A stretch of 64,000 nucleotides of DNA from Nannocystis sp. (GTDB lineage Bacteria; Myxococcota_A; Polyangia; Nannocystales; Nannocystaceae). Below are positions 1-9,484 of this stretch, in pieces. A program made the translations under genes and the position numbers. The notes beneath the pieces were generated by a model. It was not told where the DNA came from. It saw only the letters and a list, made by a program, of their open reading frames with translations, and did no database searches. The DNA lies in contig NZ_JADJNN010000012.1 in the NCBI RefSeq assembly GCF_016714285.1, positions 90,040 to 154,039 of the forward strand, read 5' to 3'. Numbering within the stretch: position 1 is the stretch's first letter; each line of letters begins with the position of its first letter.

Positions 1-955
1 CGCGGACCAGGAAGCTGACGACGCCGCCGAAGCCGCGCATGTGGGCGCGGGCGACGAGGTGGTCGGGGTGATCGGGGAGGCCGGGGTAGTGGACGCGATC
101 GATCGCGGGGTGGCCGGCGAGGAACTCGGCGACGCGCTGGCCCGTGGCGTTCTGACGCTGCACGCGGAGCTCGAGGGTCTTGAGGCCGCGGGTCAGGAGG
201 TAGGCGCTGTGCGGGTCGAGGACGCCGCCGAGGACGCCGCGCTGCTCGCGGACGAGGCCGACCAGGGCCGCGTCGCCGCACACGGCCCCGGCGAGCAGGT
301 CGTTGTGGCCGCCGAGGTACTTGGTGCACGAGTGCAGGACCAGGTGGGCGCCCTGGGTGAGCGGCTGCTGGTTGACCGGGGTGGCGAAGGTGCTGTCGAT
401 GAGGAGCTTGAGGCCGCGGTGCGGGCGGCAGAGCTCGGCGAGGGCGCGCAGGTCGGCGACGCGGAGGTAGGGGTTGGTCGGCGACTCGCTGAGGACGACG
501 CGGGTCTTGCCGGGGACGATCGCGGCGGCGATCGCCGCGAGGTCGCCGGGCGGGACGAGGGTGTGCTCGACGCCGTAGCGGGCGAGGAAGCCGGTGACGA
601 ACTGACGCGTGCGACGGTAGCCGTCGGCGGTGAGGACGACGTGCTGGCCGCTGCGAAGGAGGGTCAGCAGGGCGGTGGTGATCGCGGCCATGCCGCTGGA
701 GAACAGGGCGCAGTCCTCGGCGGCCTCGAGCGCGGCGAGCTTGCGCTCGGCGACGGCGACGGTGGGGTTGCCGTAGCGGCCGTACTCGTCGCGGGTGATG
801 CGGCCCTCGAAGTGGTCGCGCAGCTCGGCGGTGTCGCGGAAGGCGTAGGTCGAGGTCAGCGCGATCGGGGTGGTGACGGCGTCGTGCGGCTGCGGGCGCG
901 GCTCGCCGGCGTGGACGGCGAGGGTGCCGGGGCGGGCCTGCGGATCGTGGGTCAC
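1..955 (-). CDS. Cys/Met-metabolism PLP-dependent enzyme (cystathionine gamma-synthase/beta-lyase family), C-terminus beyond window edge
   Basis: Reverse-strand translation gives VTHDPQARPGTLAVHAGEP...NPTVAVAERKLAALEAAEDCALFSSGMAAITTALLTLL...HSCTKYLGGHNDLLAGAV. The TKY(L)GGH PLP-lysine motif is typical of the MetB/MetC family. A GTG start sits at complement 953..955; an in-frame ATG at complement 1026..1028 is an alternative. Confidence 0.8.
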   Translation of the reverse strand, partial: MTHDPQARPGTLAVHAGEPRPQPHDAVTTPIALTSTYAFRDTAELRDHFEGRITRDEYGRYGNPTVAVAERKLAALEAAEDCALFSSGMAAITTALLTLLRSGQHVVLTADGYRRTRQFVTGFLARYGVEHTLVPPGDLAAIAAAIVPGKTRVVLSESPTNPYLRVADLRALAELCRPHRGLKLLIDSTFATPVNQQPLTQGAHLVLHSCTKYLGGHNDLLAGAVCGDAALVGLVREQRGVLGGVLDPHSAYLLTRGLKTLELRVQRQNATGQRVAEFLAGHPAIDRVHYPGLPDHPDHLVARAHMRGFGGVVSFLVR

Positions 956-1041
956 GGCGGGGCGAGGGTCGCGTGGGCTCGCGCGCGGTGCAAGGCGTCG
1001 CGGGTCCAGTGGGCACTGTACAGATCATCAGCTCGTCGGCT

Positions 1042-4000
1042 ATGTTCGCGCGCATGACGGGCCAATTTTGTGCGCCGGTGCAGCGGTGGTTCGAGCGGCG
1101 CTTCGCGGGGCCGACGGAGGCGCAGCGCGGGGGCTGGGCCGCGATCGCGGCGGGGCAGGACGCGCTGATCATGGCGCCGACGGGCTCGGGCAAGACGCTG
1201 GCGGCGTTCCTGGCGGGCATCGACGGGCTGGTGCGGCGCGGGCTGGCGGGGACCCTCGGTGAGGGGGTGAAGATCGTGTACGTGTCGCCGCTCAAGGCGC
1301 TCGGGGCGGACGTCGATCGCAATCTGCAGGCGCCGCTGCGCGGCATCGCCGAGGCGGCGGCGGAGCTGGGGATGGTGGTGCCCGCGATCCGCACGGCGCT
1401 GCGCACGGGGGACTCGACGGCGACCGAGCGGGCGCGCCTGTTGCGGCAGCCGCCGCACCTGCTGATCACCACGCCGGAGTCGCTGTATCTGCTGCTCACC
1501 TCGCCGCGGGGGCGGACGATCCTGGCGGGCTGCGAGCAGGTGATCGTCGACGAGATCCACGCGCTGCTCGGCAACCGTCGTGGGGCTCACCTGGCGCTGT
1601 CGCTCGAGCGGCTCGATGTGTTGTGCGGGCGGCGATCGCAGCGGATCGGCCTGTCGGCGACGGTCGATCCGGCGGAGGAGGCGGCGCGGCTGCTGGTCGG
1701 TCAGGACGACGCGGGGCGGCCGCGGGCCTGCGCCCTGGTGGACGCGGGTCGGCGGGCGGCGCTCGACCTGAAGATCGAGGTGCCGACCGAGACACTGTCG
1801 GCGGTGGCGTCGCGGACGGCCTGGGACGACGTGTATGTGCGCATCGCGGCGCTGCTGGCGGAGCACCGCAGCGCGCTGATCTTCGTGCCGAGCCGGCGCC
1901 TGTCGGAGCGGGTGGCGCACGACCTCGAGCAGCGGATCGGCGAGGGGCTGGTGGCGGCGCACCACGGGGCGCTGGCCAAGCGCACGCGCCAGCTGGTCGA
2001 GGCGAGGTTGCAGTCGGGGGCGTTGAAGGCGGTGGTGGCGACGGCGTCGCTCGAGCTGGGGATCGACGTCGGCGAGGTGGAGCTGGTGATCCAGATCGGG
2101 TCGACGCGCAATATGTCGGTGCTGCGCCAGCGGGTCGGGCGGGCCTGTCATTCGGTGGGGGGGACGCCGAAGGGCCGGATCTTCGCGCTGACGCGCGACG
2201 ACCTGCTCGAGTGCGCGGCGGCGGTGCGGGCGATCCAGGCCGGGCGCATCGATCGGGCGGTCCAGCGCGAGGCGCCGCTCGACGTGCTGGCGCAGCAGAT
2301 CGTGGCGAGTTGCGCGGCGGAGGAGTGGTCGGTGGCGGCATTGTGGGCGATGACCCGGCGGGCGGGGCCCTATGTGCAATTGGAGCGGCCGGCCTTCGAC
2401 CAGCTGTTGACAATGCTGGGGGACGGGACCTCGACGCGGCGCGGGCGGCAGGGAGCGCTCATTCACCTCGATCGGATCCATGGCACAGCGCGCGGGCGTC
2501 GCGGGGCTCAGCTGGCGGCGTTGACCTCGGGCGGGGCGATCCCCGACAAGGCGGATTATGCGGTGATCGAGGACGCGAGCGAGGCGGTGGTCGGTTCGGT
2601 CGACGAGGACTTTGCGATCGACAGTATGGTGGGTGATGTGTTTCGCCTGGGCTCGCACGCGTGGCGGGTGCGGCGGGTCGAGAACGGGCGGGTGCGGGTG
2701 GAGGACGCGCAGGGGCAGGCGCCGACGATCCCGTTCTGGAACGGCGAGGGGCTGGCGCGCACGGCGGAGCTGTCGGCCGAGCTGGCGCAGCTGCGCGAGG
2801 CGCTGTGGCGACATATCGCGGCGGACGATCTGGTGGGGGCGCGGGCGCTGCTGGCCGAGGGCGGGGTGGAGGGCGACGCGGCGACCCAGGCGATCGCGTA
2901 TGTCGAGGAGGGGGCGCGGGCGCTGGGGGTGGTGCCGACGCAGGAGCGACTGGTGGCGGAGCGCTTCTTCGACGAGTCGGGCGGGATGCAGCTGATCATT
3001 CATGCGCCGTTCGGGGCGCGCATCAATCGCGCGTTCGGGATGGGGCTGCGCAAGAAGTTCTGCCGGACCTTCGACTTCGAGCTGCAGGCGGCGGCGACGG
3101 ACGACGCGGTGCTGCTGTCGCTGGGGCCGCAGCACTCCTTCCCGCTGATCGCGATCTTTGACTTCTTGCACGAGCACGCGGTCGACGAGGCGCTGACCCA
3201 GGCGGCGCTGCAATCTCCGCTGTGGGAGACGCGCTGGCGCTGGAACGCGACCCGGGCGCTGGCGGTGCTGCGCCAGCAGGGCGGGCGTCGCACGCCGCCG
3301 CCGATCCTGCGCATGCGCGCGGCGGACCTGCTGGCGGCGGTCTTCCCCGAGCAGGCGGGCTGTCAGGATAACCATGGCGGCGAGATGATCGTGCTGCCCG
3401 ATCATCCGCTGGTGAATGAGACGACGCGAGATTGCCTCGAGGAGGCGCTGGACGCGGCCGGCTTGAAGGCGATGCTGCGGCGATTGCACGCGGGAGAGAT
3501 CGAGTCGCTGGCTTGCGAGACGGTGGCGCCGTCACCGTTCGCGCACGGCATCCTGGCGGCCAATCCCTATGCATTCCTCGACGACGCGCCGCTCGAGGAG
3601 CGCTGGGCCCGGCAGGTGCGCACGGCCCGGCCGGGCGAGCTGGCGCTGCGCGGCGGGGACCTGCGCACGCTCGACCCCGACGCGGTGGCGACGGTGGCGG
3701 CGCAGGTGGAGCTCGGGGTCGACGCGCCGCGCGACGCGGACGAGCTGCACGATATGCTGTGCGCGCCGCTGTTGCTGGCGCCGCGGGCCGGCTGGGGCGG
3801 ATTGTTCGCGGCGCTGGTGGCCCGCGGGCGGGCGACCTCGCTGTGGCAGGCGGACGGGGAGCGGTGGATCGCGGCGGAGAGTTTGCCGCTGGTGCGGGCA
3901 TTGTGGCCGGATGCGAGGATCGATCCGCCGATCGAGCTGCCGGCGTCGCTGATCACGGGGATCGACGCGGAGGAGGCGGCGTTGCGGCTGGTGCGGGCGC

Positions 4001-5238
4001 TGGTGCAGGGGCTCGGGCCGAGCTCGGCGGCGACGATGGCGGGGATGCTCGGGCTGACGGAATCGCAGGTGGAGGCCGCGCTGGCGCAGCTCGAGCTGGC
4101 GGGGATCGTGCTGCAGGGGGAGTTCTTGGCGGCGGAGACGATCACGTGGTGCGAGCGGCGGATCTTGCAGCGGATCCACCGATTGACGCTGGGGCGGCTG
4201 CGCGAGGAGATCCGGCCGGTGACGCCGGCGGAGCTGGTGCGCTTCCTGCTGCGCTGGCAGCACGTGCAGCCGGGGACCCAGCTGCACGGGGCCGAGGGGC
4301 TGCTGCGGGTGATCGAACAATTGGAGGGGCTCGAGCTGCCGGCGCAGGCGTGGGAGCGCGAGGTGCTGCCGCGGCGGATCGCGGGCTATGACCCGGCGTG
4401 GCTCGATGAGCTGTGCCTGTCGGGCGAGGTGGCGTGGGGCCGGCTGTCACCGTTGCCCGCGGAGGGCTTGGAGCCCGGCGAGCTGCCGCGCGGGGCCGGC
4501 AAGGTGGCGCTGTTCCTGCGCGAGCACGCGGGCTTCCTGGTCGCGCGCGAGACGGGGCCGGCGCACGAGTGGCCACATTTGTCGGCGCTGGCCCGGCGGG
4601 CGGCGGAAATGTTGGCACATGGGGCGGCGTTCGCGGCGGACCTGCGCGCGAGCCTCGGCGTGGGGGTGGCGGAGATGGAGGAGGCGCTGTGGGAATTGGC
4701 GCGGGCCGGGGCGATCACCAGCGATGGATTCGCGGGGCTGCGGGCGTTGTGCGAGACGGCGGAGAGCCGCCGCGGGGTGCGACGGATCTTGCGCGGGCGG
4801 TGGTCGCTGATCGCCCGGGAGCTGGGCCAGGGGCCGGTGCCGGACCCGTTCGGCGACGGCAGCGCGGTCGAGCTGGCGCGCTCGTACCTGCGACGATACG
4901 GAGTTGTGATGCGGGTGTTGCTGGGGCGCGAGACGGGGGCGCCGCCGTGGCGGAGCTTGCTCGAGATCTATCGTCGACTCGAGGCGCGCGGGGAGATCCG
5001 CGGCGGGAGGTTCGTGTCGGGACTCAGTGGCGAGCAATTTGCGCTGCCCGAGGCGGTGGAGGTGCTGCGGGCGACGCGGCGCATCGACGCGGAGAGCGAG
5101 GAGGTCGAGGTGGCGACCTGTGATCCGCTGAATCTGGTGGGTATCATCACGCCGGGGCCGCGGGTGCCGGCGGTGCGGGGGCATGTGCTGCGATATCGCG
5201 ACGGGGAGGCGGTCGAGGCGGCGCGGGCGCTCGGGTGA
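1042..5238 (+). CDS. lhr: Lhr-family ATP-dependent DEAD/DEAH-box helicase (large helicase-related protein)
   Basis: A ~1400-aa ORF whose N-terminus reads FCAPVQRWFERRFAGPTEAQRGGWAAIAAGQDALIMAPTGSGKTLAAF (Walker A), followed by a DEIH box. Its length and N-terminal motif match Lhr. The opposite-strand ORF is Arg-rich nonsense. Confidence 0.9.
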   Translation: MFARMTGQFCAPVQRWFERRFAGPTEAQRGGWAAIAAGQDALIMAPTGSGKTLAAFLAGIDGLVRRGLAGTLGEGVKIVYVSPLKALGADVDRNLQAPLRGIAEAAAELGMVVPAIRTALRTGDSTATERARLLRQPPHLLITTPESLYLLLTSPRGRTILAGCEQVIVDEIHALLGNRRGAHLALSLERLDVLCGRRSQRIGLSATVDPAEEAARLLVGQDDAGRPRACALVDAGRRAALDLKIEVPTETLSAVASRTAWDDVYVRIAALLAEHRSALIFVPSRRLSERVAHDLEQRIGEGLVAAHHGALAKRTRQLVEARLQSGALKAVVATASLELGIDVGEVELVIQIGSTRNMSVLRQRVGRACHSVGGTPKGRIFALTRDDLLECAAAVRAIQAGRIDRAVQREAPLDVLAQQIVASCAAEEWSVAALWAMTRRAGPYVQLERPAFDQLLTMLGDGTSTRRGRQGALIHLDRIHGTARGRRGAQLAALTSGGAIPDKADYAVIEDASEAVVGSVDEDFAIDSMVGDVFRLGSHAWRVRRVENGRVRVEDAQGQAPTIPFWNGEGLARTAELSAELAQLREALWRHIAADDLVGARALLAEGGVEGDAATQAIAYVEEGARALGVVPTQERLVAERFFDESGGMQLIIHAPFGARINRAFGMGLRKKFCRTFDFELQAAATDDAVLLSLGPQHSFPLIAIFDFLHEHAVDEALTQAALQSPLWETRWRWNATRALAVLRQQGGRRTPPPILRMRAADLLAAVFPEQAGCQDNHGGEMIVLPDHPLVNETTRDCLEEALDAAGLKAMLRRLHAGEIESLACETVAPSPFAHGILAANPYAFLDDAPLEERWARQVRTARPGELALRGGDLRTLDPDAVATVAAQVELGVDAPRDADELHDMLCAPLLLAPRAGWGGLFAALVARGRATSLWQADGERWIAAESLPLVRALWPDARIDPPIELPASLITGIDAEEAALRLVRALVQGLGPSSAATMAGMLGLTESQVEAALAQLELAGIVLQGEFLAAETITWCERRILQRIHRLTLGRLREEIRPVTPAELVRFLLRWQHVQPGTQLHGAEGLLRVIEQLEGLELPAQAWEREVLPRRIAGYDPAWLDELCLSGEVAWGRLSPLPAEGLEPGELPRGAGKVALFLREHAGFLVARETGPAHEWPHLSALARRAAEMLAHGAAFAADLRASLGVGVAEMEEALWELARAGAITSDGFAGLRALCETAESRRGVRRILRGRWSLIARELGQGPVPDPFGDGSAVELARSYLRRYGVVMRVLLGRETGAPPWRSLLEIYRRLEARGEIRGGRFVSGLSGEQFALPEAVEVLRATRRIDAESEEVEVATCDPLNLVGIITPGPRVPAVRGHVLRYRDGEAVEAARALG

Positions 5239-5247
5239 GCGCGGCGC

Positions 5248-5673
5248 TCAGGCGCCGGACGATCCGGTGCCGCTGGTACCGGTGCCGCTCGTATCGGTGC
5301 CGGTGCCGAGCGTATCGGTGCCGGTGCCGGTGCTGCTGGTGTCGGTATCGGTGCCGGCGTCGGTGCTATCGCTGGTGTCCGGCGGCGGGGGCGGGTCGCA
5401 GCCGTCGGGGAAGCAGGGGTCGTCCCAGGTCGAGCTGCCCGTGGTCGGGGGCCCCGTGGTGGTGCCGGTGCTCGTGCTGGTGGTCGGCGGGGGCAGCGGG
5501 TCGCAGCCGTCGGGGAAGCAGGGGTCGTCCCAGGTCGCGGAGCCAGCGGTGGTGCCGTCGGTGGCGGTGCTTCCGGTGTCGGTGCCCGTGTTGTCGGATT
5601 TGGGACCGCAGGCGGGCGCGGCGACGGTGGTCGCAATGCCCACGATCGAGGCGGCGCCCATCATTCCCATCAT
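5248..5673 (-). CDS. small secreted/lipoprotein-like protein with two copies of a TWDDPCFPDGCDP(L/P)PPP motif in Thr/Ser/Gly-rich spacers
   Basis: Starts MMGMMGAASIVGIATTVAAPACG, a signal peptide with a lipobox-like Cys. It carries two 19-aa Cys/Trp/Asp-rich motifs encoded by a ~45-bp near-identical direct repeat at ~5390..5432 and ~5496..5537. It lies 55 bp downstream of the radical SAM gene on the same strand. Confidence 0.55.
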   Translation of the reverse strand: MMGMMGAASIVGIATTVAAPACGPKSDNTGTDTGSTATDGTTAGSATWDDPCFPDGCDPLPPPTTSTSTGTTTGPPTTGSSTWDDPCFPDGCDPPPPPDTSDSTDAGTDTDTSSTGTGTDTLGTGTDTSGTGTSGTGSSGA

Positions 5674-5728
5674 TCGGCGGAGGTGGGCCTGCACGCGGTC
5701 GTGCGGGCCGGGGCGGTGATTGTTGGGA

Positions 5729-7390
5729 TCAGACATAATGCAGGGCCTCCGCGGGGGTATGGTCGACCGGGACGGCGCGCTGGAGCGGGGTCGCGTCGTT
5801 TCCGATCGAGGTGGCATTGTGGCGTGACGGGGCGGTGGCGGCGAGCATCTCGGCCTTCAGGACGCGCCACTGGTCGGTGATCTCGCGCTCGAAGGCCCGC
5901 AGCGACGGGGCCAGCTCGCGCACGAAGCTGGCGTCGTGGTCGCGGCTGGCCCGACGCACGTGGCCGAGGATCGCGCGCAAGCCGGTCACCGTGTCGGCGC
6001 CGACCAGGCGGTGCAGGGCCTTCATGCGGGCGAGCCACGCGGGCCGGAACACGTCGGCGTGGAACAGGCGGCAGGTCTCCAGCTCGAGGCGCCAGCCGCC
6101 GATATTGTTGTGCAGCGCGCCCGGTCCGAAGTTGCGCGGGGTGAAGGCGTCGATCGCCATCTCGAACACACGCTGCACCTCGGGGGTGCGCAGGCGGTAG
6201 TCGTAATGCAGGTAGTCGCCGGTGGTCCGGCGCTCGCCGAGCATGCGATTGAGCAATGGGGTGCCGGCGTAGAGCTCGGTGCGGCAGAAGTTGAACGGGA
6301 AGTCCGACGCGGCGGCCATGAAGTCGAGGTTTTGCTCGAGCGAGGGCATGGTGGTGTCGGGGTCGAAGATCAGCATGTTGAAGCAGCCGAACATGTCGAG
6401 CTCGCGCAGGACCTCGATCGCGGCGTGGTTCTGGCGCGAGGCGAGGCGACGCTGCAGGGTCACCAGGCCCTGGTCGGCGTCGGTCTCGATGCCGACGTAG
6501 GAGCGCAGCGCGTGCAGGCGGTCGCGCATGACCCGGAACACCTCGAGGTCGGCGTCGTTGGGCCGGGCCTTGACGACGATGCCGAAGCTGCCGATCGCGC
6601 GCGCCTCGAGGGCGTCGGCCAGGGCGTGGAAGCGCTCGAGGTTCTTCTTCTTGCTGGGGACGAAGAAGTTGTCGTCGTGGAAGATGAAGATCTCGACGCC
6701 GCGGTCGCGCTTGAGGGCGACCATCTCGTCGGCGACATCCTCGGGTGGTCGCACGCGGTAGCGCTTGCCCGGCAGGGTCTGCTCGTGCCACGAGGCGATG
6801 CAGCAGAACGAGCAATCCGCGTAGCAGCCGCGGCTGCTGACGAGGGGGGCGAGCGCGTGGCCGAAGCACTGCTTGGGCGGGCCGGCGCGGTCGGGGTGGC
6901 GCAGGGTCTCGAGCGCGGGCGGGTGGCGCAGCGGACCGGCTACCACCATCCCGTCGGGGTCGCGGGTCGAGACGCCGGCGATGCCCGTCAGCGGCGCGCC
7001 GCCGGCGACCGCGGCGATGAGCTCGACGATCGTCTCCTCGCTCTCGTGGCGGCAGACGCTGTCGATCTCCGGGAAGTCGCGCAGGAGGTCGGGCGCGGCG
7101 AAGGTCGCGAAGTGGCCTCCGATCGTGATGTGGCCGCGGTAGCCGGCCTCGCGCAAGCCCATCGCCACGGCGAGCAGCTCGACGGCTCGCCACTGGAAGG
7201 CCACCGAGATGCCGACCATGATCGGGGGCTCAGGGGCCTCCGTGATCGTGCGCAGCACGGTCGGGAGATCACGGGGTTGGTTGAATGCGACGATCTCGAC
7301 GCGCCAGCCGACCGTGCGCAGGGCGGCCGCGAGGTAGCGCAGCGAGAGGTTCTCCTCGAGCTCGGGTCCGACGAGGGCTATCCACGACAT
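5729..7390 (-). CDS. B12-binding domain radical SAM protein (class B radical SAM)
   Basis: 553 aa beginning MSWIALVGPE, with an N-terminal cobalamin-binding-like domain, the CxxxCxxC radical SAM motif SRGCYADCSFCC, and DDNFF. A GGAGG Shine-Dalgarno lies 8 nt upstream of the ATG at complement 7388..7390. Confidence 0.85.
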   Translation of the reverse strand: MSWIALVGPELEENLSLRYLAAALRTVGWRVEIVAFNQPRDLPTVLRTITEAPEPPIMVGISVAFQWRAVELLAVAMGLREAGYRGHITIGGHFATFAAPDLLRDFPEIDSVCRHESEETIVELIAAVAGGAPLTGIAGVSTRDPDGMVVAGPLRHPPALETLRHPDRAGPPKQCFGHALAPLVSSRGCYADCSFCCIASWHEQTLPGKRYRVRPPEDVADEMVALKRDRGVEIFIFHDDNFFVPSKKKNLERFHALADALEARAIGSFGIVVKARPNDADLEVFRVMRDRLHALRSYVGIETDADQGLVTLQRRLASRQNHAAIEVLRELDMFGCFNMLIFDPDTTMPSLEQNLDFMAAASDFPFNFCRTELYAGTPLLNRMLGERRTTGDYLHYDYRLRTPEVQRVFEMAIDAFTPRNFGPGALHNNIGGWRLELETCRLFHADVFRPAWLARMKALHRLVGADTVTGLRAILGHVRRASRDHDASFVRELAPSLRAFEREITDQWRVLKAEMLAATAPSRHNATSIGNDATPLQRAVPVDHTPAEALHYV

Positions 7391-7645
7391 CGCTTCACCT
7401 CCAAGTTCGAGGACGATACGATCGCACGGTATCACGACGGAGCGAGGGGCAAGTGCCTGGAGCGGGCGCAATCGCTGCGCCGGGACGGGGGCCGCGGGCC
7501 TCAGCAATATCTGCGGCGTACCCGTCATGAAGCCCGCGCGCGAGGCTGCGCGTCGGCGGTAGAGATATGTCTCAAAGGACAGGTGGCTGGCGTCGTCGGA
7601 GCGTTCGTTGCCAGGATCGGCGGGCACGTCTAGCATTGCCCGCTG

Positions 7646-8278
7646 ATGACGACGAATCGCTCGACGCCCGCGTCCCCGGGGGACACCGGTGCGTATCCGT
7701 TGCCGAGCGCCGAGGAGCAGGCCGAGACGCCCCTCGCGGCGTACGTGCCGATCGTGCCCGATCCGTCGCTCGACTCGTTGTTGCCGTGTCCGCCGGGGAC
7801 GCAGCAGTGCGTCGGCGATCACGTGATCGAGTGTCGGATCGCCGGCAAGGTCGGCGAGTCGCTGTCGCGGCGCCACGGGCCGGCCGTGTGGTTCCATCCG
7901 AACGGCGAGGTGGCGCGCAGCGGCAGCTACGAGCACCACGAGTGGAGCGGTCGCTGGTGGAGCTTCGACGAGCAGGGGCGCGTCGAGGCGAGCACCGCGT
8001 ACGTCGCGGGCAAGGAGGAGGGGCTCGAGGTGAAGTTCTATCCGAACGGCAGGCGCCGCTTCGAGAGCTTCTACCGGGCCGGCAAGCTCGACGGTCCGAG
8101 CAAGGCGTGGACGGAGGACGGCGAGCTGATGGGCATCACGGTCTACAAGGACGGCAGGACTGTGAGCAGCAAGGTGTTTCGCTACACGCTGAAGGAGGCG
8201 AGCCCGCAGGAGCTCGCGGCGGCGCACGCGGAGCTGCGGCGTTTGCTCGCGGAGCAGCAGCGCTTGCTGGGAAAGTGA
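7646..8278 (+). CDS. MORN-variant repeat protein (YwqK-like family)
   Basis: Repeated units such as FHPNGEVARSGSYEHHEWSGRWWSFDEQGRVEASTAYVAGKEEGLEVKFYPNGRRRFESFYRAGKLDGPSKAWTEDGEL resemble YwqK/MORN-variant repeats. It is transcribed divergently from the radical SAM gene. Confidence 0.55.
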   Translation: MTTNRSTPASPGDTGAYPLPSAEEQAETPLAAYVPIVPDPSLDSLLPCPPGTQQCVGDHVIECRIAGKVGESLSRRHGPAVWFHPNGEVARSGSYEHHEWSGRWWSFDEQGRVEASTAYVAGKEEGLEVKFYPNGRRRFESFYRAGKLDGPSKAWTEDGELMGITVYKDGRTVSSKVFRYTLKEASPQELAAAHAELRRLLAEQQRLLGK

Positions 8279-8286
8279 GGGGCGGG

Positions 8287-8589
8287 ATGTTCGCGGGATT
8301 GCAGGCGCTGTTGGTGCATTGTGGGCTGGCGATGGCGCTGATGTTCGCGGCTGCGGTGGTCGGGGTCGGCGTGACCGGGCCGTCGGTGTCGGCCGCCGAG
8401 CGGACCGTGCTGGTGCTCGCGGCCCTCGACCTCGTGATCGCGGTGACGACGATCGTGCGCTTCGTGGCCGCGAGCGCGGCGTTCTCGGCCGGGTTCGGGC
8501 GGGTGCTCTGGGTGATCGTGTGCGTGGGCTTGATCGCGGTCGGCACGGCGGCCATGTTCTTCGTCTCGGTGGTCGCGCTCGATCGCTGA
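8287..8589 (+). CDS. small hydrophobic membrane protein (hypothetical)
   Basis: 100 aa with two to three predicted TM helices (MFAGLQALLVHCGLAMALMFAAAVVGVGV...). The ATG lies 8 nt after the upstream stop, preceded by a GAGG motif, and third-position GC is high. Confidence 0.45.
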   Translation: MFAGLQALLVHCGLAMALMFAAAVVGVGVTGPSVSAAERTVLVLAALDLVIAVTTIVRFVAASAAFSAGFGRVLWVIVCVGLIAVGTAAMFFVSVVALDR

Positions 8590-8799
8590 GCTTGCCCGGA
8601 GGGCTGACGGCCTTGGTGCTGGGGTACGCGGTGGAGCGCGGTCCGAACCCGAGCGCGGCCTGTTCGGCCCCATATTCTGCTCGGGCGATTCTCGGTTGCG
8701 CCGGCAAGTAGTATTCTGCGGCTGTGATGGGTTTGCCGCGTCGCTGCATCCACAGCATCGTGGGCATGAGTGCCGCGGTGGCGCCGTGCTCGATCGAGG

Positions 8800-9308
8800 C
8801 GAGGCGCGCCGGCCGACCCCGCCGGTCGAGACCTGGGCCTGGAACATCCCGACCGACAGATCGACCCGTCGGCCGACGGCTGCCAGGTCGACGCGGGCAC
8901 CGCCGACTCCGGCGGCCCGCCAGCGAAGCGGGCCGGATGACGCTGCCCAGCGGGAGTTCGAGCCCGCAGAGCCGGAGCAGGTGTCGCCCAAGGGCGTGGG
9001 TCTGCTGATCGGTGGCGGTGTCACGTCATTCTGTGGCGCGCTGGCGCTGTTCGGTGGGCTCGCAATCCGGGCGCAATACGAACCCGAGCCGCCGAAGCCC
9101 ACCCCACTGCGGCGAACCTTGTGCTGGCTTTAGTTTTCCCGAGCCACAGGGGACGGTCCTGCTCGCGGTCGGCACGCTGGCGCTGATCGTGGGGCCGGCG
9201 CTGCTCGGCGTGGGCGGGTACCTGTACCGCTCCAGCAAGAAACTGAGGCCGAGGGTGCAGCGTTCGCTGCACGGGACGTGGACAGCGGGCCTCATGCTCG
9301 AGTTCTGA
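8800..9308 (+). pseudogene. possible frameshifted small duplicated-TM-hairpin membrane protein (very uncertain)
   Basis: Two consecutive frames with coding-like GC3 each encode a similar TM segment (GVGLLIGGGVTSFCGALALFGGLAIRAQYEPEPPKP, then PEPQGTVLLAVGTLALIVGPALLGVGGYLYRSSKK). They are separated by a 1-nt frame change near 9110..9135. The region has lower GC than its neighbours. Confidence 0.2.
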
Positions 9309-9484
9309 TTCGTCTCTGCCATCCGTCCCGGGGCGCGGATGACCCCACACTTCGGCAATTCGCAGGTCACTCAAATCTCCGCCCCAGCCCCTCCGGCGGG
9401 CCTCGGCGCCGCAAGAGTGACCTCCCCGGCCATCGCTACACGCGCGCTTGCGTTAGCGGCGGGCTCGTGCTTTGTGGCGGGCAC

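Noticed and set aside
952-3489. 845-aa ORF on the minus strand antisense to lhr, plus many similar long Arg/Pro-rich antisense or off-frame ORFs (for example 35808..38864 -, 39901..42378 +, 40091..41941 -, 5670..7193 -, 11063..13852 -)
   Set aside because: These are high-GC artefacts. Their translations are Arg/Pro/Ala-rich low-complexity sequences with no motifs, and each overlaps a gene with strong homology on the other strand or frame.
5683-5880. Small + strand ORFs overlapping the rSAM 3' end and the small-protein gene (5183..5738 and others)
   Set aside because: They overlap better-supported minus-strand genes, and their Cys/Arg-rich translations are typical of off-frame GC-rich sequence.
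7391-7645. Cobalamin riboswitch upstream of the B12-binding radical SAM gene
   Set aside because: No convincing B12 box or conserved core was found in the reverse-complemented leader. B12 binding by the protein does not imply a riboswitch.
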